Notes under the pieces: model-generated
What the model was told of the DNA's origin: nothing
Databases searched by the model: none
The model's input: the letters and a program-made list of their open reading frames with translations, nothing else
Part shown: positions 25,477 through 33,167 of the stretch, one piece after another
Layout: every line of letters begins with the position of its first letter
How positions within the stretch are numbered: the stretch's first letter is position 1
Assembly (NCBI GenBank): GCA_023135785.1
Contig: JAGLSL010000034.1
Span: forward strand, 1-43,276
Origin: a bacterium
GTDB taxonomy: Bacteria > CAIJMQ01
DNA length: 43,276 nt
Direction: 5' to 3'
Translations under genes and position numbers: made by a program

Positions 25477-25566
25477 TAATCTCAAGTATTGTAGTAATTA
25501 CGGTGTTTGATAGATTGTTTAGGTGGTATAATACAAAATACATATTAAGCAGGACAGAATGAACAA

Positions 25567-25803
25567 ATGAAATATACGCAATATTTTCTCCATACAAGAC
25601 AAAGGCCTGACAGAGCACGCATAAAAGATGAATGGATTGATTTTGCTATTAAGAATCCTGTGAAAACAGAAATACAATCCGATAGGCGAATAAGAAAATG
25701 GGCAAAAATTGAAGACGAAGGAAAATATTTGCGTGTTATATTACTTGAAGACGGAGAAACAATTCACAATGCTTTCTTTGATAGAGAATTTAAGGAGGTG
25801 TAA
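25567..25803 (+). CDS. small DUF4258-like protein (putative toxin partner of DUF2283)
   Basis: 78 aa, 4 nt upstream of a DUF2283-like gene. The family call rests on the pairing and general resemblance and is uncertain. Confidence 0.4.
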   Translation: MKYTQYFLHTRQRPDRARIKDEWIDFAIKNPVKTEIQSDRRIRKWAKIEDEGKYLRVILLEDGETIHNAFFDREFKEV

Positions 25804-25806
25804 ACT

Positions 25807-26016
25807 ATGAAAATAAAATATTTTAATGATACTGATACCGCTTTAGTGGAATTTACAGAAAACTTGGTAAAAAATACCAGGGAAATATCGGAAAATGTAT
25901 CTATTGATATTGATGAAAAAGGCAATCTTGTTAGCATGACTATTGAACACGCAAAAAAGACAGCACATTTGCCCGATATCTATTACCAACAAATAGAAGA
26001 AAAAGTTGCTGTGTAA
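25807..26016 (+). CDS. DUF2283 family protein (putative antitoxin-like)
   Basis: MKIKYFNDTDTALVEF......SIDIDEKGNLVSMTIEHA matches the DUF2283 pattern (Y-D-x-D-x-L, then d-G-x-l-v-g-i-e-i). Confidence 0.6.
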   Translation: MKIKYFNDTDTALVEFTENLVKNTREISENVSIDIDEKGNLVSMTIEHAKKTAHLPDIYYQQIEEKVAV

Positions 26017-26132
26017 CAACTATCGTTGAACCTACTTATCACTACGCTGTCCTTCCCTCTTTATTTCAAATTACTGTATTTGACAGAGAAAAATTGGGAG
26101 AGATAAAATCGGTCAAAATTTAGAAAATTTTC

Positions 26133-26161
26133 TTGACATTCTGAAACTTATGTCGTACTAT
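26133..26161 (+). promoter_or_regulatory. sigma70-like promoter of the riboswitch leader
   Basis: TTGACA (26133-26138), 17-nt spacer, TACTAT (26156-26161). Confidence 0.6.
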
Positions 26162-26184
26162 GCATTTTTAATTTAGTTTAAACG

Positions 26185-26353
26185 TATTAGGTTCCTGAAG
26201 AATCTTCAGGACGAAAAGGGAAACCCGTGCAAATCGGGTGCAGTCCCGCTACTGTGAAAGGGGACGAAATCCACGAAAAGCCACTGTTCCAATAGTCGGA
26301 ATGGGAAGGTGTGGAGAGTAGGAAGATCCTATAGCCAGAAGACCTGCCTAATA
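26185..26353 (+). promoter_or_regulatory. cobalamin (B12) riboswitch aptamer
   Basis: P1 TATTAGG/CCTAATA. Conserved core AAAAGGGAAACCCGTGCAAATCGGGTGCAGTCCCGCTACTGT, GCCACTG...GGAATGGGAAGG, and B12 box AGCCAGAAGACCTGCC (26333-26348). Confidence 0.9.
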
Positions 26354-26416
26354 TGATAGAAGCTATTTGGTTAAATAGTTTTTATCCTCGCGGAAGGATG
26401 AAGTAAACCAGGGTGC

Positions 26417-26457
26417 AATCCTTAAGTTCTGAAAAGAGAGCTTAAGGATTTTTTTTA
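26417..26457 (+). terminator. intrinsic terminator (riboswitch expression platform)
   Basis: Perfect 10-bp stem AATCCTTAAG/CTTAAGGATT with a 14-nt loop, followed by TTTTTTTT. Upstream GGAAGGAT could form the competing anti-terminator. Confidence 0.8.
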
Positions 26458-26488
26458 TTTCCAGGGCTCAGGAAGGAAAGCCGGTCGA

Positions 26489-27268
26489 ATGTTAAAAAGC
26501 GGGAAGAGAAAAGCTTTTACTCTCGTAGAGTTGTTGGTAGTAATGACCATAATAGCGGTTTTATCTTCCCTGTTGTTGCCGGCATTAATCAAGACCAGGG
26601 AAATGGCCAGGCGGGTGGTTTGCCTTTCTAATCTTCGCCAGATACACATTGCGGCAAAGGTATATGCGAATAGTTACGATGGTTATTATCCGCCGGCTTA
26701 TTGGTTTGATCCTCCCCCTTTGTCTTTTTATGATCGCCCCCGCTTCTGCACAACTTATGCCTGGGACTTTACCACTATAACGGATACAGTCACAGGCGAG
26801 AAACAAGTTATCCCCGGCATATTATGGCAGGAGGCAGGAGATATGAAAATTCAGCAATGTCCCTCGTTTACAGGTGCGGCTAATTGGCTTAGTGATCCCT
26901 ATACCGGCTATAACTATAATACTAGCTATATTGGACATGGCTATCTTGAAAGCATTCCGGAGCCGGCGCGGACTACTGATGTAAAGTCGCCTTCCACTTG
27001 CGCCCTGTTTGGGGATGGCGAATATGGGGGCGGAGCAAACAAATTTATGCGGGCGCCCTGGCCTAATCCGGGTGATGCCAACTTTTCTAATGCCGGCAGA
27101 TACGCCGGAACACAGGGTTACCGGCATATGGGTTATACCAACGTGGTTTACTGTGACGGACATGCGGAGTCCGTACGTGAATGTTATTCTGAAACCAGTA
27201 AAAAGGAGAAGGTGGCCCCCGGAACCGGTTTTCTTTCGCCTGATAATAGTGCTTATGATTTGAAATGA
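26489..27268 (+). CDS. prepilin-type N-terminal cleavage/methylation domain protein of the DUF1559 / H-X9-DG family
   Basis: [26 protein letters not shown] leader/helix, [15 protein letters not shown] segment, and H-X9-DG motif [12 protein letters not shown] near the C-terminus. 259 aa. Confidence 0.85.
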   Translation: MLKSGKRKAFTLVELLVVMTIIAVLSSLLLPALIKTREMARRVVCLSNLRQIHIAAKVYANSYDGYYPPAYWFDPPPLSFYDRPRFCTTYAWDFTTITDTVTGEKQVIPGILWQEAGDMKIQQCPSFTGAANWLSDPYTGYNYNTSYIGHGYLESIPEPARTTDVKSPSTCALFGDGEYGGGANKFMRAPWPNPGDANFSNAGRYAGTQGYRHMGYTNVVYCDGHAESVRECYSETSKKEKVAPGTGFLSPDNSAYDLK

Positions 27269-27300
27269 ACCGGGAAAAGTGAAAAAAGGAGAATAAGCTA

Positions 27301-29469
27301 ATGCAAACTTACGCTTATGGTTTTCCCAGATTGGGGAAAAAGAGGGAATATAAGAAAATTATAGAAAGTTTCTGGAGTAAAGAAATCAAGGAAGGAGAGC
27401 TTCGGGAAAGCATTGGCAGCCTGGAAAAGGAAAGACTGACAACTTATGAAAGATATGTAGATAAGTTTCCGGCAGGGGAGATGACCTTTTACGATCACAT
27501 GCTGGATACAGCTTTAATGCTGGGTTTGTATAAGTGCAAAGATTTAGATGCATATTACAATTTGTGCAGGGGCAAGGATGCCCTGGGATTAAGCAAATGG
27601 TTTAATACTAATTATCATTATCTTATTCCCCGGTTCAGCCAATCATTTAGCCCCTCCGAATTTAAGGCAGTTTGGAATAAACCCCGGGAGGCCGGGCAAT
27701 TATACCGGAAAGGTATTCCTTATTTAATAGGACCTTTCACTTTTTTAAAATTGTCCAGGGGAATTAATCCGGAGAGGTTAGGGGAATATCTTTTACCTTT
27801 GGCGGATGCCTATGTTGAATTGATTAAAGATTTTCCTGAAGTGCATATAGATGAACCTGCCTTTGCAATGGAGCTTTCCAGAAAAGAAATTGAGTGGATT
27901 AAGCAGATTTACTACCGGCTGGGTTCTCAAAATCCTCACATCAACCTCTTTACTTATTATGACTCCGTAGATTTTTTGCAGGATCTATATGAGTTACCCG
28001 TAAAGGCAATAGGGCTGGATTTTGTCAATGGCAAAGAAAACTTAGCAAATATTAGAAAGTATGGTTTTCCGAAAGAGAAGACCTTGATTGCCGGCATAGT
28101 AAACGGTAGAAATGTCTGGAGAGTTAATATTAGCAAAAGGGTGGAATTTTTAAGAGAGCTATCCCGCTATGCAGAAGATTTGGTTATTTCCAATGCCGCG
28201 CCGCTTTACCATTTACCAATAACAATAGAAACCGAGCAATTAGATGAGAGGTTATTAAAGAAGATTGCTTTTGCTGAAGAGAGACTGGCTGAGTTAAAGC
28301 TAATTGCTCAAGTCTATGAAGGCAAGAAGCAAGAAATAAAAGATAAGGGTGAAATTGCGGGCTTTGGCGCAAATCCCAAAGTTCAGGAAAGAATTAAAAA
28401 TCTAAAAGACGAGGATTTTAAAAAGGCTGTTTTTTATGATGAGCGGATTAAAAAGCAAAAGAAGATTTTAGCTCTTCCTCTTTTTCCTACCACTACCATA
28501 GGCAGTTTTCCCCAAACTCAAGAAGTCAGGAAAAAAAGAGCGGATTTTAAATCAGGTAAAATTCCAGAAAGGGAATATACGACTTTTATTAAAGAAGAGA
28601 TTACTAAGTTGATAATACTTCAGGAAAATTTAGGTTTGGATGTATTAGTGCATGGAGAATTTGAAAGGACAGATATGGTGGAATTTTTTGCCCAGGAATT
28701 GGACGGGATTGCCACCACCAAAAATGGATGGATTATTTCTTACGGCACCAGGGGCTATAGGCCGCCGATAATTTTTGGTGATATTTCACGACCAAAGCCT
28801 ATGACTCTTAATGAGATTAGTTTTGCCCAGAGTCTGACCGAGAGACCTGTCAAGGGGATGTTAACAGGATCGGTTACTATAATTGCCTGGAGTTTTGTCA
28901 GGGACGATATCCCAATTTCTGAGGTTGCTTATCAGCTGTCTCTATGTTTGCAGGATGAGATAAGAGATTACGAGAAAGCAGGTATCAAGATTGCCCAGAT
29001 TGATGAACCGGCCTTTAGAGAAAAAGCGCCGCTTAAAAAAAGAAACAGGGATAGTTATTTTGATTGGGCAGTAAAATCATTTAATTTAGCTTCTCGGGCA
29101 AAACCTGAAACACAAATCCATACCCATATGTGCTATTCGGAATTCGGAGAGATTATTGAATATATTCTCAAAATGGATTTTGATGTGATTACTATTGAGG
29201 CCTCAAGAAGTAAAGGCGATATTATAAAGTATTTCCAGAATGTAAATTTTAAAAGGCAGATAGGGCTGGGTGTCTGGGATATCCACTCACCGGCCATTCC
29301 GGACGTTAAAGATATGACAAAGATTGTAGAGAGAGCTCTGGGAGTGTTCTCAGAAGAAAACTTCTGGATAAATCCGGACTGTGGATTAAAAACAAGAGAT
29401 TGGCCGGAAACAAAAGCTGCGTTAAAAAATTTAGTGGCGGTAGCTAAGAAAACAAGGAAGTCATCCTAA
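27301..29469 (+). CDS. metE: cobalamin-independent methionine synthase
   Basis: 722 aa, two-domain MetE. N-terminal GFPRLGKKREYKK, C-terminal IGSFPQT, IQIDEPA, HMCYSEF and DCGLKTR zinc-site motifs. Confidence 0.96.
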   Translation: MQTYAYGFPRLGKKREYKKIIESFWSKEIKEGELRESIGSLEKERLTTYERYVDKFPAGEMTFYDHMLDTALMLGLYKCKDLDAYYNLCRGKDALGLSKWFNTNYHYLIPRFSQSFSPSEFKAVWNKPREAGQLYRKGIPYLIGPFTFLKLSRGINPERLGEYLLPLADAYVELIKDFPEVHIDEPAFAMELSRKEIEWIKQIYYRLGSQNPHINLFTYYDSVDFLQDLYELPVKAIGLDFVNGKENLANIRKYGFPKEKTLIAGIVNGRNVWRVNISKRVEFLRELSRYAEDLVISNAAPLYHLPITIETEQLDERLLKKIAFAEERLAELKLIAQVYEGKKQEIKDKGEIAGFGANPKVQERIKNLKDEDFKKAVFYDERIKKQKKILALPLFPTTTIGSFPQTQEVRKKRADFKSGKIPEREYTTFIKEEITKLIILQENLGLDVLVHGEFERTDMVEFFAQELDGIATTKNGWIISYGTRGYRPPIIFGDISRPKPMTLNEISFAQSLTERPVKGMLTGSVTIIAWSFVRDDIPISEVAYQLSLCLQDEIRDYEKAGIKIAQIDEPAFREKAPLKKRNRDSYFDWAVKSFNLASRAKPETQIHTHMCYSEFGEIIEYILKMDFDVITIEASRSKGDIIKYFQNVNFKRQIGLGVWDIHSPAIPDVKDMTKIVERALGVFSEENFWINPDCGLKTRDWPETKAALKNLVAVAKKTRKSS

Positions 29470-29495
29470 AGTGTTTTGAGGGAGTTTAAGAATAT

Positions 29496-29801
29496 ATGCA
29501 AACCGGTAAAATGGATAGCATGCAATTTGAATTTTTTCTTGATAGTATTTATGAAAGCCTTTCTCAGGAGGACTTCTCCGTTACCGAGCACAATCTTAAG
29601 ACAGCTCTTCAGTTTGGCTATAGCGTAGATGACCTTTTTGAAATAGTCTTATGCGATTTCATGAAAAGGATTAAGAATGACTTTTCTACTGTGTTAATGA
29701 AATTAGATGCCTTAAATAATACTGTGAGAATATTAGAATATTTAGGAGGTTTACATAAAAACATAGAAGGAGGAACTAAAAGATGCCCCGGGCTGAATTA
29801 A
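29496..29801 (+). CDS. hypothetical 101-aa helical protein between metE and thyX
   Basis: ORF with a possible RBS (GAGGGAG). It overlaps the thyX start by 19 nt. No secure family assignment. Confidence 0.45.
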   Translation: MQTGKMDSMQFEFFLDSIYESLSQEDFSVTEHNLKTALQFGYSVDDLFEIVLCDFMKRIKNDFSTVLMKLDALNNTVRILEYLGGLHKNIEGGTKRCPGLN

Positions 29802-30529
29802 ACGTAAAACTTTTGGATGTAACGCAGGACGCAGTTTCTATTATCTACGCTGCCTGTAGGCAATGCTATTCTGCTAAATTTGTCGTTGATATCCTAAAAG
29901 AGCAGAAAGGAAATTTGGAAAAGCAGATAGTGTTTGTTAAAAAAGTTGTTGAATCCGGGCACGAAAGCCCATTGGAACACGTAAAGTTCACTTTTGCCAT
30001 AGAGGGTGTATCACGGGCTTTAACGCATCAGCTTGTCCGGCACCGGATGGCTTCTTATTCCCAGCAAAGTCAAAGATATGTGATAGAAAAAGATTTTAAT
30101 TACATAATCCCGGCCTCAATTGAGAGAGATGAAACCCTGAAAAGTGAATTTATAGGAGTTATGGGAGAGATTCAGCAAAGTTACCACCGGATACTAAGAA
30201 AGCTGGAAGAAAATGGTATTGTAGGGGAGAAAGCAAACCAGGATGTCCGATTTATTTTACCTCAGGCGGTAGAGACAAAGATTGTGGTAACAATGAACTG
30301 CAGGGAGCTTCTGCATTTCTTTAAACAAAGATGCTGTGTCAGGGCGCAATGGGAAATCAGAAACCTGGCAAACAAAATGCTGGAAATGTGCCGCAGCCAT
30401 CTCCCGGCGGTATTTTCCCATGCTGGAGCGAAATGCGAAAGCTTAGGTTATTGCCCTGAAGGTGAGAAATTTACCTGCGGTAAGTATCCTCGGAAAGAGG
30501 AAGCCATTAAAAGAAAAAAACTGCAATGA
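29783..30529 (+). CDS. thyX: flavin-dependent thymidylate synthase
   Basis: ThyX motif [14 protein letters not shown], plus [21 protein letters not shown]. Confidence 0.95.
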   Translation: MPRAELNVKLLDVTQDAVSIIYAACRQCYSAKFVVDILKEQKGNLEKQIVFVKKVVESGHESPLEHVKFTFAIEGVSRALTHQLVRHRMASYSQQSQRYVIEKDFNYIIPASIERDETLKSEFIGVMGEIQQSYHRILRKLEENGIVGEKANQDVRFILPQAVETKIVVTMNCRELLHFFKQRCCVRAQWEIRNLANKMLEMCRSHLPAVFSHAGAKCESLGYCPEGEKFTCGKYPRKEEAIKRKKLQ

Positions 30530-30963
30530 CTTTGTTCCAAAAAAGGCTCAAAAAAGGAAGAGCTTTTACTCTCGTAGAGTTGTTGGTAGTAATGACCATA
30601 ATAGCGGTTTTGTCTTCCCTAATGCTGCCGGCATTAATCAGGGCCAGGGAAATGGCCAGGCAGGCTAACTGTATATCCAATTTACGGCAAATTCATTTGG
30701 CGGTGCAGATGTATGTTCAGGATTGGGAAGGCTGGTATCCGCCGGTCGCCGCCGATATTCTCGGCAAACAGCTTCATCGCTGGCATGGAACCAGGTCGAC
30801 AATGGGGCAGCCTTTTGACCCTGCCGGGGGACCGATATATCCATATCTCCGGACTGGTGAAATAAAAATGTGCCCCTCATTTGTAGAGTATCTTCAAAAA
30901 GGCGGTGGCGCCTTTGAGTTAGGTTGCGGCGGTTATGGTTATAACGGTCAGTATGTAAAATAA
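30526..30963 (+). pseudogene. truncated DUF1559 pseudopilin paralog (lacks the H-X9-DG C-terminal half)
   Basis: The N-terminus is near-identical to 26489..27268 ([41 protein letters not shown]). ATGA-coupled to thyX. The ORF stops at 145 aa, and its stop codon (30961-30963) overlaps the first two bases of the left 27-bp inverted repeat of the RAYT element (30962). Confidence 0.75.
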
Positions 30964-31707
30964 TCGGGGGACACAATACCTATTTCTCTTGACAAATGTA
31001 GCTTGAACAGTTAAAACCTATCTATGTCAAGGATAGCAAGAGTAGTTGTTCCTGAATATCCTCATCATATAATTCAAAGAGGCAACCGCAGGCAAAAGGT
31101 ATTCTTTAATGAAGGTGACTATGAAGAATATCTTAGATTACTAAATAACTATTCGCTTCGGTTTAAAGTAGATATTCTATCCTACTGTTTAATGCCCAAC
31201 CATATACATCTTATAGCAACTCCTCATGAAGATGGAAGCTTAGCCCAAGCCATAGGTGAAACTCACCGTAATTACACAAGATTCATTAATTTTAGGGAAA
31301 AATGGCGGGGGTATCTATGGCAAGGAAGATTCTCGTCATATGTTCTTGATGAAGGCTACTTATTAGCTGCAGTCCGCTATATACTTTTAAATCCTGTGAA
31401 AGCAGGAATAGTAAAGAAACCATGGGACTATAAGTGGTCAAGCACACAGCATCATATGAAGATTAAGAACAACCCTTTGATAAAAGATACTCTCTTGAGA
31501 GAACTCATAGAAAATTGGCAAGATTTTCTTAGTATAACGGCAGACGATGATGATAACATTAAGTTGTTACAATTACATGAAAGAACAGGACGGCCATTAG
31601 GAGATAATACATTTATAGAAAAACTGGAATCTCTTCTTAAGATAAGGCTTAAAAAGAAGAGAGCCGGGCGCAGGAAGAAGGAGAAATAGGTATTGTGTCC
31701 CCCGATT
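30962..31707 (+). mobile_element. 746-bp element: HUH/Y1 transposase gene bounded by 27-bp perfect inverted repeats (RAYT/REP-like)
   Basis: AATCGGGGGACACAATACCTATTTCTC (30962-30988) is the exact reverse complement of 31681-31707. The right repeat overlaps the transposase stop codon. Confidence 0.85.
31024..31689 (+). CDS. REP-associated tyrosine transposase-like (IS200/Y1_Tnp family, HUH endonuclease)
   Basis: HUH motif MPNHIHLI, catalytic-Tyr helix AAVRYILLNPVKAGIV, and the N-terminal PHHIIQRGNRRQ typical of this family. 221 aa. Confidence 0.85.
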   Translation: MSRIARVVVPEYPHHIIQRGNRRQKVFFNEGDYEEYLRLLNNYSLRFKVDILSYCLMPNHIHLIATPHEDGSLAQAIGETHRNYTRFINFREKWRGYLWQGRFSSYVLDEGYLLAAVRYILLNPVKAGIVKKPWDYKWSSTQHHMKIKNNPLIKDTLLRELIENWQDFLSITADDDDNIKLLQLHERTGRPLGDNTFIEKLESLLKIRLKKKRAGRRKKEK

Positions 31708-31763
31708 CCACCCCGATTCCCTTCCTGTCCGATTCCCTGATTCTGCTGATTCTCCCTGATTCT
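31702..31763. repeat. degenerate stutter of six GATTC-core words (3x CCGATTCC, 3x CTGATTCT)
   Basis: Units at 31702, 31713, 31729, 31737, 31746 and 31756. The first unit overlaps the outer end (CCCCCGATT) of the right inverted repeat. Confidence 0.85.
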
Positions 31764-31930
31764 TGTAGCTCTTGTGATCGAAGGATTAAATGAAATCATT
31801 GGAGTATAATAATGCAATTCAGTGGATGTCGTATAAGCGCTGGCGCAAAAATATAAATATTTTTGATTTCCATGTATATACAACACCACTGAACTTAACT
31901 GTTATGATTGATTAAAATGAAAGGATTGGG

Positions 31931-32128
31931 ATGAAATTAAATAGAAATGCTGTTAAGTTATCTCAAATGAAATATATTATTGACGATGACTATGTTGATG
32001 CCTCAACTAAGGAGTGCTTAGAAATGATGTGGGATATTGCTATGGAGCTATGGTTTATATCAAAAAAAGGAGAATTAAGTGCTAAATCAAGATTACAAAG
32101 AAATGTTGGAAGTCTTAAAAGAGCATGA
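31931..32128 (+). CDS. hypothetical small helical protein overlapping the downstream nucleotidyltransferase-fold gene
   Basis: 65-aa ORF whose 3' end overlaps the next ORF by 50 nt (26 nt if that ORF starts at ATG 32103). No family assigned. Confidence 0.35.
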   Translation: MKLNRNAVKLSQMKYIIDDDYVDASTKECLEMMWDIAMELWFISKKGELSAKSRLQRNVGSLKRA

Positions 32129-32537
32129 TGTTGATTTTATTCTTGTGGGAGCATATGCCTTAGCTGCTCAGGGGTATCCGCGAGGCACGCTTGATATCGA
32201 TATTTGGGTTGCTCCGACCGAAATTAACTCCAAAAAGACATATAAAGCATTAGCAAAGTTTGGCGCGCCTCTCAATGATATCAATGAAGATACATTTAAA
32301 GAAAAAGGGGTTATTTTTCAAATTGGTGTTGCCCCATGCAGAATTGACATCATCACTGAAATATCTGGAGAAATAGAATTTGAAGACGCAAAAAAAAGAT
32401 CCGATCAAGTTGAAATTGAAGGGATATCCCCAAATATATTGTCCATCGAGGACTTAATAAAAAACAAGGAATCAACTGGGAGACCAAAGGATATCGAAGA
32501 TGCGACAAATTTACGAAAACATAAGAAAAAATCGTAA
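32079..32537 (+). CDS. minimal nucleotidyltransferase-fold protein (start GTG 32079 or ATG 32103)
   Basis: VDFILVGAYALAAQGYPRGTLDIDIWV (hG-x-n-DxD NTase signature) and C-terminal SIEDLIKNKESTGRPKDIEDA. Confidence 0.65.
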   Translation: MLNQDYKEMLEVLKEHDVDFILVGAYALAAQGYPRGTLDIDIWVAPTEINSKKTYKALAKFGAPLNDINEDTFKEKGVIFQIGVAPCRIDIITEISGEIEFEDAKKRSDQVEIEGISPNILSIEDLIKNKESTGRPKDIEDATNLRKHKKKS

Positions 32538-32547
32538 CAGATCAATC

Positions 32548-32580
32548 CAGCGAATGGCAAAAAGCGCCATTGCTGATTTT
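32548..32580 (+). terminator. possible intrinsic terminator after the NTase-fold gene
   Basis: CAGCGAATGGC-AAAAAGC-GCCATTGCTG (10 bp, one bulge) followed by ATTTT. Confidence 0.45.
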
Positions 32581-32600
32581 AGCCGTTCGGGAGGAAGGAT

Positions 32601-33095
32601 ATGAAACGAATACTAATCATTGCGCTCGGTCTCACGCTGTTTTCTTCGTCTATCTCCATGGCCGGAAATGAGCAGTTCCCTCCGCCGGAGTTGGTCGGAA
32701 CGTGGACTGGAACCGTAGAAATCTTTGGTTCCTTTAAGGTAGAGCCTTACCCAAGCAAGGCGCCCGAGGACCATCAGCAGGTTGTTATCACTATCCATGC
32801 CGACGGAACAGTCATTGGCAAGATTGGGAATGCTGAATTCAAGAACTCTTCGGTTAGCAAGAACCGCGGATGGATAGGCAGAAAGCTAAAGGTGAAGACC
32901 GACTATATTGTTTCAGGGGGAACCATTCAAGGCAAGGTAACCCCCAACGACAACGGGACGAACAGCAAGTTCACCATTCCATTCAATATTAAAGACGGGA
33001 CATTCAAAGGCACAATCATGCTTCTTCCTAAGTTTCCATTAACCCGACCGTTGCAGTTAACAAAACAGAAAGAGAATTCCGAACAAAGAAAATGA
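32601..33095 (+). CDS. hypothetical secreted/lipoprotein-like beta-rich protein, compositionally GC-rich
   Basis: Signal peptide MKRILIIALGLTLFSSSISMA. A sampled 60-nt line (32641-32700) has 33 G+C, against 20/60 in a ribosomal-gene line (7441-7500). Confidence 0.6.
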   Translation: MKRILIIALGLTLFSSSISMAGNEQFPPPELVGTWTGTVEIFGSFKVEPYPSKAPEDHQQVVITIHADGTVIGKIGNAEFKNSSVSKNRGWIGRKLKVKTDYIVSGGTIQGKVTPNDNGTNSKFTIPFNIKDGTFKGTIMLLPKFPLTRPLQLTKQKENSEQRK

Positions 33096-33167
33096 GAGGT
33101 ACGCAGAACCTGCTATCGCGGATTCCGCGCTCCCTCATTTTCGGCGTTAGGTGAAAGAATAATAGAT

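Noticed and set aside
30462-30668. 68-aa ORF bridging the thyX 3' end and the DUF1559b 5' end in a third frame. Also the minus-strand ORF 30665..30976.
   Set aside because: Both overlap two recognisable genes in alternative frames, and neither has motifs or an RBS.
31699-31763. GATTC-word stutter and other word tracts (9735-9804, 35800-35930, 37395-37520), considered as CRISPR arrays.
   Set aside because: The units are 8-12 nt, degenerate and irregularly spaced without unique spacers, and no cas genes are present. None fits a CRISPR architecture.
31452-31889. 145-aa minus-strand ORF covering the transposase 3' end, the right inverted repeat and the GATTC stutter. It was also examined as a possible home of the missing DUF1559b C-terminal half.
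   Set aside because: The translation (…NQQNQGIGQEGNRGGIGG…) is repeat-derived low complexity and contains no H-X9-DG or other DUF1559 features.
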